Source: Proteromonas lacertae (taxonomy: Eukaryota). From it: a stretch of DNA of 64,000 nucleotides. The notes under the pieces were generated by a model that had not been told where the DNA came from, did no database searches, and saw only the letters and a list, made by a program, of their open reading frames with translations. The position numbers and the translations under genes were made by a program. Each line of letters starts with the position of its first letter. Within the stretch, counting starts at the first letter, position 1. The stretch spans positions 1 to 64,000 of the forward strand of contig NGBS01000010.1 of assembly GCA_002245135.1 (NCBI GenBank). Reading direction: 5' to 3'. Shown here one piece after another: positions 34,828 through 46,600 of the stretch.

Positions 34828-37287
34828 ATGTTCAACACCGGGAACAACTTACGGGAGAACGATGAGGAGATGTTAAGGTTACTTAATACTATCGACAAGA
34901 CTACTTACGATGTGAAGCAAAAGATAGATGGGAAGGTCGTTGTTAAGTATGATAAGGACGTGTTGTTTCAAGACTCCCAGGAAGTGATTCAAAAGGCCTT
35001 GGGTTCTGGTGAACTCAAGGCCGTGATAGACTATGATAAGATCAATCCTCCATTGGTAAGCACTATCCAAGAAGTCCTCCGAGGAACACCCGTCAGTATC
35101 AATCAGAAGCAACAAGAAGAAGTAACCTCATCCACAACAGCTATCAAGAGAAAGTTGGATGATCACTCGGAGGAGTCATCTACGAAGTTGGCTAAGCTAG
35201 AGACTGATCATCATCAACTCCATGAGTACCTTCAAGGCACCTTACAACCAGATCATAAAGCTATTCAATCGACCTTAAAGGAAGTGCAAGATGAGACTGA
35301 TAAGATTGAAGGTATCGATCAGAAGCTCCAGGAAGTCAAGAACCTAAGTACTTTGCTTAACAACAAGATCCCTAAAGACTTCGGAGAGACAACTATCACA
35401 TCCTTGAGCAATATTGCTACTTGCAACAATGAACTTAAGCAGTACACGGAGAAGCAATTACCAGAGTTGTATAAGAGCATGGAGGATGTAAGCAATATCC
35501 TTGAATCCACCAACACTTCAATCGATCAATTGAAGGCATCAGAGGATGAGAAACTGGATCGTCTAAGTACCTTGTTGAAGTCATTATGTGAGAGTCTCAA
35601 CATCGGGGATGTTAACGTCTACGATATGATCAAGTACATCACTACGGTGGATGATAAGAGCCTTACGAAGCTCACTGACTTAGAGAAGCAGATCAAAGTA
35701 GCCTCCGAGGAGTTGATCAAGATGAAGAACAACTACGAGGAGTACAAGGCAATCAACACCGTGATTAACAACAACATGATTAAGTTCAAGGAGGTCTTAC
35801 AAGAGATTGAGATTGCCAATGGTTACAACAAGGACTTCAAGAACCAGATGAATGCTATGGAGGAAGAGATCGCCGGGTTGAATGGAGAAGCTGACAAGAC
35901 GAATACCTTCTGCACTGAGGAGAGAGCTACCACTATTGACAAGACCAAGGATATTGTAAGTAAGATAGATATCGATGATATCAACCAGTATTGTAGTAGC
36001 TCACAGAAGGAGAAGATTGATAAAGTCCATGAGCTGATCACCGGCATAGCCATCGAAGACATTAACAACTACTGCTCCTCCGAGAGACTTACCATTGTCA
36101 AGAGTATTGAGGAACTGATCAAAGGATTCATTACCGATAAGAGAACTAAGGAGATCGACGATGCCGACAACGCGATCAAGGAGTTTTGTACTATCCCGAG
36201 AAGTGCTGCTATCGATGAGACCAACACTGTTGTGAAGCACTTCTGTACTTCGGATCGATCGGAGAAGATAGATAAGTGTTATGAACGTGTCCATGACCTC
36301 AACAAGGAGAGTATTAACCAGTTCTGTACTGAAGGCCGTGGTAACTTCATTGATACAACAAAGGCCAGCACCGATGCAATCAAGATCAAGGTGGATTCTC
36401 TAAGCATCAACGATGTGAATGCAACCTGTGGCGTGGCTAGAAGGACTGAAGAAGACAACCTCCGAAGGAACTTGGATGGCTTCTTTAACAACACCCGTAA
36501 AGGACTGATCGATACAGCTATCAACAATGCAGCTGCTATCAGAACCAAGATCGATGGATTCAATACTGGGAATGTCAATAGCTTCTGTTCACCAGCTCAA
36601 TTAACCAAAGTCAATGAAGTACATTCAAAGATAGGAGACTGCCAGACAAGAGTCATTGAAGTCCAAGGCAAAGTTAACAACCTCAACAACCTGGCCGTAA
36701 CTCAAGTAAATAACTTTACCAGTGCAGCTCAATTAAGTAAGATCAACTCAGTCGATAGCAATGTCCAGGATGTCCAGAAGAAGTTGACCGAGTTGAAGAC
36801 ATCAGTAGAAAGTCTGGCTTCTCAAGGAGATGGATCATCGGAGATCAAGACCGTACTTAACCAGATGAGTAACACCTTGTCTTCGATATTGAACATGAAA
36901 GCAGCTAGCATGGACTCTCCTCTTGTGGCAGTTCCCATAAGCTTCTATAGTATAGTAAGACCTGATTGTAAATTCGAATGTTTACTTAAGGCTTATGTCA
37001 ATCGTGTAGAGCTGGAGTTCATATCAAGCAGCGGATGGATCGGGAAAGTGTGGGTGAAGGATGTGAATGCAAAGAGCTTTGCTAAGTTCAAGGAGTGGTT
37101 CCATCTTGATAAGAAGATAAGTCACTGGGTTGTTCCCAATCCTAGCGATCCTAACGTGACTGATTATGACAGACACTTCCTTGAATTCATCCCCGCCGAC
37201 AATTCAATTCATTGTGAATTCGGTATGATGCCAGGTAATGGAACAAGAGCAATCTGTATAGATGCTAACTTCAATGGTCCTCAATAG
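34828..37287 (+). CDS. 819-aa intronless coiled-coil protein with FC(T/S) repeats and C-terminal globular domain (fibre/spike-like)
   Basis: Intact ORF; long heptad-rich body; about 10 repeats such as TNTFCTEER, INNYCSSER, IKEFCTIPR, INQFCTEGR, VNSFCSPAQ; aromatic beta-rich last ~120 aa. Confidence 0.85.
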   Translation: MFNTGNNLRENDEEMLRLLNTIDKTTYDVKQKIDGKVVVKYDKDVLFQDSQEVIQKALGSGELKAVIDYDKINPPLVSTIQEVLRGTPVSINQKQQEEVTSSTTAIKRKLDDHSEESSTKLAKLETDHHQLHEYLQGTLQPDHKAIQSTLKEVQDETDKIEGIDQKLQEVKNLSTLLNNKIPKDFGETTITSLSNIATCNNELKQYTEKQLPELYKSMEDVSNILESTNTSIDQLKASEDEKLDRLSTLLKSLCESLNIGDVNVYDMIKYITTVDDKSLTKLTDLEKQIKVASEELIKMKNNYEEYKAINTVINNNMIKFKEVLQEIEIANGYNKDFKNQMNAMEEEIAGLNGEADKTNTFCTEERATTIDKTKDIVSKIDIDDINQYCSSSQKEKIDKVHELITGIAIEDINNYCSSERLTIVKSIEELIKGFITDKRTKEIDDADNAIKEFCTIPRSAAIDETNTVVKHFCTSDRSEKIDKCYERVHDLNKESINQFCTEGRGNFIDTTKASTDAIKIKVDSLSINDVNATCGVARRTEEDNLRRNLDGFFNNTRKGLIDTAINNAAAIRTKIDGFNTGNVNSFCSPAQLTKVNEVHSKIGDCQTRVIEVQGKVNNLNNLAVTQVNNFTSAAQLSKINSVDSNVQDVQKKLTELKTSVESLASQGDGSSEIKTVLNQMSNTLSSILNMKAASMDSPLVAVPISFYSIVRPDCKFECLLKAYVNRVELEFISSSGWIGKVWVKDVNAKSFAKFKEWFHLDKKISHWVVPNPSDPNVTDYDRHFLEFIPADNSIHCEFGMMPGNGTRAICIDANFNGPQ

Positions 37288-37618
37288 TCGATGTGTGTTG
37301 GGTGAACTATCGGAGGATAACTATAAGCAGTGAAACCTTCGGAGCTGCCCAACCATGCTGCAAATAGTTTACCTTGCTTTGTTGGGCAGCAACAACTCCA
37401 AGAGATTCAACAACCTGGATGATGATCAAATGAAAGTACCTTCTCAATGATCCTGGTAATGAAGAAAGCAGTTCTTCTTCCGGGCATGGACAAGAACGTC
37501 TACGACGGAACCTTCCTTACCAAGTCCGATATTGCTCCGCAACATCGTCCTTGGTAAGGAAGCTTCCTCTGAGACATTCTTACCCATACTCCGAAAGAGA
37601 TCACTGCATCTTCATTAC

Positions 37619-37995
37619 CATCACCTCGAGGTAACCAACACTTCTAGATAGCTTTCAGGAGTACCCGTAGGAGATCGTCTCATAGATAGCTATAGGTAGG
37701 TATAGAAATAGCTTACAGGAGTTCCCGTAGGGAAGTAGACTCCGTAGGCAATCGACCCCGTTAGGAGGAATCCCGTAGGAACCTTACGTAAATGGGACCC
37801 TGGGACATTGTCACAGAGTCCTAACGAGTGTTCTAGGAGTCCGTCCCCTTCTAGATTCAGAGTTGACCTTACGGGAGCTTCATCGATGCAATCGATGAAG
37901 GCCCCGTAAAAGTCAACTCTGAATCTAGAAAGGGACGGACCCCTAGAAAACTCGTTAGGACTCTGTGACAATGTCCCAGGGTCCCATTTATATAC
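37619..37995 (-). repeat. Right terminal inverted repeat (hairpin at 37789-37990)
   Basis: Reverse complement of the left TIR. Confidence 0.95.
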
Positions 37996-38055
37996 TATAT
38001 AGGAAAATTGATAATCTTCAAAAAAATTATTCGTTTCATAGTTTTTATTCATTTA

Positions 38056-38709
38056 ATGGCGTTAGATATAAAGGATAGTATATTCACTGCTATAGCTATT
38101 CTAGCTAACTTTAATGATATTGATACTCTGAAGGCTAATTTTTCACAGTGTCCTGATTGCAAATGTAACAATTACAACCCGGACGTGCTATATTATTGTA
38201 AAAACTGCCAACATCCACATAGTATGAATATTATAAGTTATTTTTAGCACAAGCGTCAACATTACAAGATTCAACTGGTAAAATATATTTTCCACAAGAA
38301 TTGAAGTGTTTTAAATGCGGATGCATAAAACTAAAAGCAGACGAAGATAATATTTGTGAAATTTGTCATCATGATCACTTTTCAGACAGCGAGGTTGTTT
38401 CACCTCTTAATATTAGCAAAACAAGCAATGGTATAGTTTATAGTAATGTTATATAATGATTTAGATGCAACTCAAGAATTTGAAGGTGATGAATTTATGT
38501 GTAACTTTTGTGCATGTAAGAATTATAAGTTTGATGATGAAAATAGTGAATGTAAAAACTGTCATCATGAACATTTCCCAGATATGCCGTTAATTACGAA
38601 TAATAATACACTCGATCATAATTTTCGAGATCCTTCATCGTTGAATAACTCAGGAAGGTTTTATAGAGCTATAAATAGAAATATATCATCCGATTTAAAG
38701 ATAAAGTAA
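38056..38709 (+). CDS. Small protein with three CxxCxC-x9-10-CxxCxHxH putative zinc-binding repeats
   Basis: CPDCKCNNY...CKNCQHPH, CFKCGCIKL...CEICHHDH and CNFCACKNY...CKNCHHEH, separated by short introns. Confidence 0.7.
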
Positions 38710-38824
38710 AACAAATGTAAATAGAATGTATAACATCTTCGTCACAAACGCATTTTATATTTAAATAATTCATAATACTTTATATTACTTCCTTTGTATG
38801 TTTTTAGCTGTAAAGAGTTATTAA

Positions 38825-40030
38825 TTAATCAAACATCACTTGAATTTTGGCATTCTTTGGAGCTTGCCATACTGTTTCACCACTTTTAGGATTGTAGTAA
38901 TAAGGATATCCTTTATCTGATTTATACTCATACCATATACTATTCTTTATTAACTCATTATTATTCAAAGATTTTCTAGTTTCTATTTTTTCTGAATTTA
39001 ATACATTGTTAATCCATCCATATCCTTCCTCATTATCAATTATGGTTGAAACTGATGAAATATTCTTCTTCTTTTTCAATACTAATTTCAGTGGTTTATT
39101 TGTTGGAGTCGTTGGAGCACTTTTAGTTTTAATATTTTCATTTTTATTACTCATATTTGCTGCTATAGTTAATCTTTGTTTAAAATCTAAATTGCTATTA
39201 TTATTATTATTATAACTATTACTACTTGAGCTTCTTAATAGTAAAGATGATGATGATGATCTTGTATGATTGATATGAGGTTTATATGATGGAGTATACA
39301 TCTGTAAAAGTTCTTTCTTATGTTTATCATATAATTCTTTATCACTTAATAATTTATCTTCTATTGGTATATTTTTTCTATTTTTCAACATTTTTTTACT
39401 AGATTTTGAGGATTGAAAATTATATTGATTAATTTCATTGTTCTCTCTTTCTTTTCTTCTTTTATTCAACTTTTCTTCTCTATAAATGATAAGTATAATA
39501 ATTTATACTTATTTTCATTCCATCTCACTAAATCATCTATTGATCTGTTTAGTTTTTCACTTTGTTTATTAATTTGCGGCTTTAATGTTAATTCTTCTTC
39601 TTCTTCTTCCTTTTTTCTTCGTCTAAACTCGTTAATCTCTTGAGTTGTCTTATCAGACATCTTTGTATTCATATAACTTTTAACTCTATTCTTTTCACAA
39701 CTTTCATTATTATTAAGTTTCAATTCATCCAAAAAAGTCTATACATATATAATTTAATATAAATACTTTATTTCTTTGCTTCCAATTAGAAAAAGATGGT
39801 TCAGATAATGGAGTTGATATTGGTGAGATGGATCGCTTTGTTTCTCTAGTTTCATTTATGTTTTTATTGGATGTACCTTCTATTTACATATCTAATGAAT
39901 AACAACTATACGAAGATCTTCAAATATTCCCTGTAAGCAATCTAACAGTTCTGTTTGAAATTATTAGTAAATATTTTATACCTATTTGATGATTATATAT
40001 TTTATTATAATGAGTATTATCTATATTCAT
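38825..40030 (-). CDS. WW-domain protein with basic low-complexity region
   Basis: C-terminal WYEYKSDKGYPYYYNPKSGETVWQAP; TLKPQIN and SYKPHIN repeats. Confidence 0.75.
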
Positions 40031-40088
40031 TCAATTTAAATTTTAAATAATAAACGAAACGAATCTATATTTTGAAACAATAATTAAA

Positions 40089-43000
40089 ATGCTGAATTCT
40101 TTTGTAGATGATGTTATATCCTCAATATTACCTTCTGAATTTCTAGTATTTTATTTAAATTAATTTATATAGATAAAAGATAGAGTTAAAAAGAATAATA
40201 ATGAAGTAGATTTAGTTATACAACGTGGAAACTATAATAAAATTGTGAAAATTCTAGATATTGGTGGAATTAAAGAGAATATGCTATTAAAATTCAATTA
40301 AAATAACTGTTTGTTGTTAGATAGTAGTTTTTGCTTCATACATCCTTCTAGAGTGTATCAGATGAATAATGTAGGTGAATGTATAATAATATCACGAACT
40401 TATTACTTGAGAGACTTAGAATACTTAATTCAAAATAAATCCCTATCAGGTGATGATATATGTAATGTGATATGTGGTATATGTGATATATTGATGATAT
40501 TATATAAATATAATTTAATGCTAAGTTATCTGAAGAGTAGTAATGTAATTATTGAGAATGAGAATCTAAAGCTATGCGATTTATTCTTAAACACATTGAG
40601 AAAAGATGAAGATATTAGGCTATATAATATCTGTTTTAAAAGCCCTGAAGAGTTGAATGGATATGAATGTAATGATAAAAGTGTGAATTGGTCAATTGGA
40701 TGTATATTATTTGAAATGATTTGTAAGAAATTACCATTTAACGAAGATAATAATATCAACAAAACTCTGAATAATATTAAGAGATGTAAGTACAGTTTAG
40801 ATGTAGAATGTGATGATATGATGAAAGAAATGATAGACAGAATGTTAAAAATGAAAAGTGAAGATCGATTGAGTTTAAAAGAGTTGAAAAAAGAGATGAT
40901 TAAAATGAGTGAAATATTGAGAGATGAAGGTGATAATAACATGATGATATGTGGAGAAAGAAAAGAAATATTATTCTATAATGATTATTTCATAGAAATA
41001 TCACCATTTACTGATATTCAATCAAAATATTACATTAAGAGTGACAAATTTGAAGAAATTGGAGATGATTTGATAGAATATTACAACAATAAATATAATG
41101 AAAGAATTATTTCAATATTGTTGATGATGAAACTATGTAAAATAGATTATTATAATCGTATAATAAAACCTCCACTTAAATTTCAAGTTAAACGCTTATG
41201 TAAAGAAAGAACATATAATAGATTACATCGTCATATCATTGGATCTAAAAGTGAAGGATGTTATTTAGATAAAATGATATTTAATATCAAAAATTACTCT
41301 CTAGACAAAGAATTATTTGTAATTGATTCAAAATGTCTATGTTTCTGCGATATAGGAATGCATTATTTCTTTAGAATAATGAAATTAATCAATCAGAAAA
41401 CTAAAATTTTGTATAATAATATTGATTGAATTTATTATTTAATTAGATTCTTTGAATATTCCCTATCATTATCAAATGTTATTCGGATCATATTTTAATC
41501 AGTTTAATAATCTTCAAGAATTAGATTTATCAAAATGTAATCTTACTTTTCACTTTATCGAATCATTTGTTCAATCAATTCCATTGATGAAGTTGAAGTA
41601 TCTAAATCTTAAAAGTATAAAATATCAGTTTTATATAATTATGAAATAGATAATTCTATTGGTTCAAAAGGATTCAGATTATTACTGCCACATTTACACT
41701 TATTAATCAACAAAGATAATGAATTGAATTTTAGAGGAATGAATTTAAATGATAAATCGATGATTTTATTATCAAAAAAGAATGCATAATTATCCAAATA
41801 TTAACAGAATAAATATTAGACGAAATTACTATATCAATTCAATAGGTTTAAAAGCTTTATTTTCCAAATTACCTATTTCAAAAGTTGAATTTGATTTTAA
41901 TAGCAGAAGTAAAGAACTGTTGATTGATAAAGACATTCCAGAATTAATCAGATATATCAGAAATTGGACAAATGGATTATATATGTCTAATTTAGGTATT
42001 GATAATGATTTTTTAAAGTCCTTCATTTCTTTAAGATCAAATGAATGTAAAGAAATAAAAGAGTTTGATTTGAGTAGTATAGTATGATGTTTTCCTATTT
42101 GATAGATAATAAACTAACACATAAAAGTATAGAGCTACTGATTGGCAATCTATCTTTATTTTCAACTCTTGAACATCTTCAATTGAATGGGAATGAAATA
42201 GGAAATGAAGGAATGAGAATATTATCTTCACATTTGCATTTGATGAAAAATGATTACAGTAATAAAATAGATTGTTCAAGTATAATATTAGTAATCATTG
42301 TTTAATATTTAAAAATAGAAATGGGATTATCTACAGTTGGGGTGAAATACTTATTAGATGGTTTAATGAATGAGGAAGAAAAGATTATGCTTGATGTAAG
42401 TGAGAATAATATTGATTTAACAGGAATAGAATATCTGATTAGCTTTATGAAAGAAAAGAATAGTATAGAAAAGTTGTTCATACATCGTATAATGATATTA
42501 TATATATGTATATCTAATATTTTGTGTAATAGATAATCCGATAGGTAATTCAGGATTTAAATTACTACAAGATAATTTACAAATGTTAGTAAATGATAAT
42601 CCACCATATGAAATGGATTTAAGTAATATGGAAATAGATGATGAAAGTGTAATATTATTGCTAAATAAAATTGATTCAATTGGAGAATGCAGAATAATAT
42701 ATTTGAATGACAACAATATCAGAATGAGAGGATTAAAATCAATTTGTTTAAAATCAAATTGTCCATTTATAGAAATTAATACTAAATTATGGGGGAATGA
42801 TGAATTGAAATACTATTTCAATTATTGTCTTAACAGATCTGTAAGATATGATAGACAATATGATTTTTCAAGTATGTTTTTCTATATTTGTAATGAAATA
42901 GATATGAACATTGATGATTCTCTTATTTCTAAAATTACATTGATTAATTACGATAGTCTTGATTTATCCAACAATCAAATAACTTCTAAAGGATTAAAAC

Positions 43001-43396
43001 AGTTAACAGCTTTTTATATTTCAATACATGATAATCCAATTGGTGATGAAGGAATAGAAATAATATGTAAATATTTAAACAAATTTGTTGATAAAAATTC
43101 ATCATTAAATCTTTCAAGTATTTTTATGAATATAATATAATTCTGTTATTTGAATAGATATTGGGATGAATAAAAAAGGATTGAAAATGTTAATTGAAAG
43201 ATTAAAGGTTGATAAACCATTGCGAAAGATTAATCTTTCAGGAAATGAATTGAATGAAGATGAATTGAGATTAATGGAAGAAAATAAAAGTTGTTTTTAT
43301 TGCTTAGATGAATTATCAATTGGAATAATCAAACTAGATGGAATATCAGAAGAAGAAAAGAAAGAAATTGTGGAAGAGTTTATAAACGTTGAATAA
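40089..43396 (+). CDS. Pseudokinase (NEK-like fold) + ribonuclease-inhibitor-type LRR protein
   Basis: YLKSSNV, KLCDLF, SPEEL, WSIGCILFEMICKKLPF; LRRs such as LEHLQLNGNEIGNEG and LDLSNNQITSKG; introns at repeat boundaries. Confidence 0.8.
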
Positions 43397-43610
43397 TTAA
43401 TCATTCTTTTATTATCTATACATGCTGTGTATGTGTAGAATATATCGAATTTTCTACATAAAGTAAAATAAGCAATGAAAATGTATAATACATAAAATTT
43501 TAAAAGTATATAAATCTATAACGATGTTTATGATTGACTAATTATGTTTTAAACATTTCCTAAAAATATATTCGTTTCAATGATAGTTGAGTTTTTTTAA
43601 ATCTGCTTTT

Positions 43611-46600
43611 ATGTCTTCAAATGAAAGAGAAAGTATTATATAATACAATTTTTCAATTCTTTTAGATGCTATAAAAGGAGGCATGAAATGTTCAAGTTGT
43701 AAATGTGGTTCATTTAATCCAGATAACCAAGGGATATGTATAGACTGTCACCATAATCACAAAATGGATAATAATGTTTTTGTAAATACAAATATACCAT
43801 CATCCATATCTAGTCACCTAAATCCTCTACAATCACCAAACTATGTGAATAGTAGATCCGAAATACAATCTGACATGGGTATAAATAATTTAATTATAAA
43901 TATAGAAGAAGAATATGAAAATTCAAGTGGATTAATATCACCCTCACAAATAAGTGATGTAGTAACTAGAGGTTATAGTAATGGTCATAAATTATGTGTT
44001 CTATGTGATATCATCCTAGAGCATGTATTTTATCCAACAGAAGATCTTACAGAATCAATAGAAATGAATGATAGTGATGATGAAAAACATTTGGATATAA
44101 AAAGCATTATAAATGAAAAAGTTGAATTAATCGAATATTCTCCAATAGAAATAATAATAGAAAGTAATGAATTCAAAATATTGAGCTTTGAACCGAATAA
44201 TATCCTATTAAATAATGATATTAATAATAATAATGAAGATATGAATTTATCATGTACATATGCTGAAACATTGTCATTAGTATCAACTCCACCAATTTCT
44301 CAATCCTATTTACCACCTCCACTACCACAACAACAACTACCACCACCACCACAACAACAACAATATCCATTTATGCAACAATCCATTCCACCTCAACAAT
44401 CCTTTTTTAATTCGTTATTACCTTTTCAACCGTTAGGTGGATCAATAACTTTTGGTAATGCGACTATCAATATTTCTAATTTTACACTCAATGGTGGAAT
44501 ACCAAACCAACAGCAACAACAACAGTCTTTTAGTAATTCGCAACAGTATAATCAATCACATAAATACACTAAAAATCAAAATGTTGTTGCTGTAGATATT
44601 TATAATGAAATTAATGAAGTTATTAAAACAGAAAAAGAAGATTATAATACAAAAACATTTGATGAAAGTATAATTGATAATGAGATGATATTATTAGAAA
44701 AGAAAATAGTTGAAGAATCAAAAATATTCACTACAAATACAATCATTAGTTGTGCTAATGATAATGAAGAATATCCTTCATTCTTTTCCTCTTATTCTGA
44801 TAATAATAAAACACAGAATAATATACTTAATATGGAAGATAATAATGAAATAAAGAATAGTGATTATGGAATTATAGAATATGGATTATGTGATTTTATA
44901 TTTGAATTATCTCCTGTAGAAATAACTAAAATGATATGCGAGAATTTAGAGTTGTTAAAAGAAGCTGAGGTGTGTGATACTGAATCATTAGATGTGTTAA
45001 GTAATGAAATGAACACTTTATTAGCAGAATTGAAAGAAGAAGAAAAGAGAATCAAAGAAATTCAAAATGATGAAAAAGAAAGTGATGAAAGTGAAGAAGA
45101 AGAAGAAGAAGAAGAAGAAGAAGAAGAAGAAGAAGAAGAAAATAGTGAAGAAGGAGAAGAGGATGAAGAGGATGATAGTGAAAATGAAGAAGAAGTGGTT
45201 GATGATGAAGAAGAATTGGAGAATGGAGTTGAAGATGATAATGATAATAAGAGTGTTTATGAATATGAAGAAATTGATGAAGAAGGAAATGTTATAACTC
45301 AAATTCCATACCAAGAATGTTGTGAATCCTCTTTTACCGAGATATTTGAGAATAATGATGAAAATGAAGTAGTATTAAAGAAAAATGATAATGAAAATAA
45401 GAGTTTGAATGAAGAGAATGAAGAAATAAGAATGATAAATGGAAAAATGATTCGACGAGTAAAGAAAACAATTCCAAACTCAAACTCCAAATCAGAAGCC
45501 AAAGTGAAAGCTAAAACTGAAAGACTGAATAAATTGAATGAATATATAAATGGAATGACCGAAGAAAGTGCAATTGTGTATAGTTGTGATATAATAGGAT
45601 TTGAAAACCTAGAAAATGAAGATGATGAAGAGAAAGTGAAAGAAGAAATGTCAATAGAAGCTGAAGAAGCTGAACTATTCAAGCTGGAAAATGAATTTAA
45701 TAGTTTAGAAGAACTTGAAAAAGAAATAGAAAATGAAGAATATGAAACTGTCAAAGAATCAGAAGAAATCAAATCTAAATCCAAATCAAAGAATAAAAGA
45801 AATAAAAGGAAAAGAAAGAATAAAAAGAAGAAAGAATCAGAAATAGAGAACAATATAGAAGATAATGAAGTAAAGAAAACTGAAAAGGGAATTGAAGTAG
45901 ATACAGCTAAGGCAAATGAGGAAAAAGATAAATCATCAAAGAAGAAAAAGAATAAGAAAAAGAAAGAAGAAACTACTAATGAAAATAAAAAAGAATCAAA
46001 AGTTCAAAAGTCAAGTAGATCATTCTCTCCTCTTCATTTAAATAAAAATTATCAATTTGGAATAATTAAGAATGAATTAATAAATGTAATAAATGATTCA
46101 GAAGATGATAATGATTATTCAGACAATTCTGAAGATGAAGAAGAGGATGAAGAGGATGATAGTGAAAATGAAGAAGAAGTGGTTGATGATGAAGAAGAAT
46201 TGGAGAATGGAGTTGAAGATGATAATGATAATAAGAGTGTTTATGAATATGAAGAAATTGATGAAGAAGGAAATGTTATAACTCAAATTCCATACCAAGA
46301 ATGTTGTGAATCCTCTTTTACCGAGATATTTGAGAATAATGATGAAAATGAAGTAGTATTAAAGAAAAATGATAATGAAAATAAGAGTTTGAATGAAGAG
46401 AATGAAGAAATAAGAATGATAAATGGAAAAATGATTCGACGAGTAAAGAAAACAATTCCAAACTCAAACTCCAAATCAGAAGCCAAAGTGAAAGCTAAAA
46501 CTGAAAGACTGAATAAATTGAATGAATATATAAATGGAATGACCGAAGAAAGTGCAATTGTGTATAGTTGTGATATAATAGGATTTGAAAACCTAGAAAA

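Larger units (their letters stand above)
29817..38001. mobile_element. ~8.2 kb TIR-bounded, GC-shifted endogenous virus-like/transposon-like element with hairpin termini
   Basis: Long inverted terminal repeats; TA-rich target duplication (TATATA at 29817-29822 and 37996-38001); abrupt compositional shift; no introns; G/C-ending codon usage unlike host. Confidence 0.9.

Noticed and set aside
29817..38001. Classification as an autonomous Polinton/Maverick or parvovirus
   Set aside because: No pPolB, integrase, packaging ATPase, protease or NS1/Rep motifs recognised; shorter than typical Polintons
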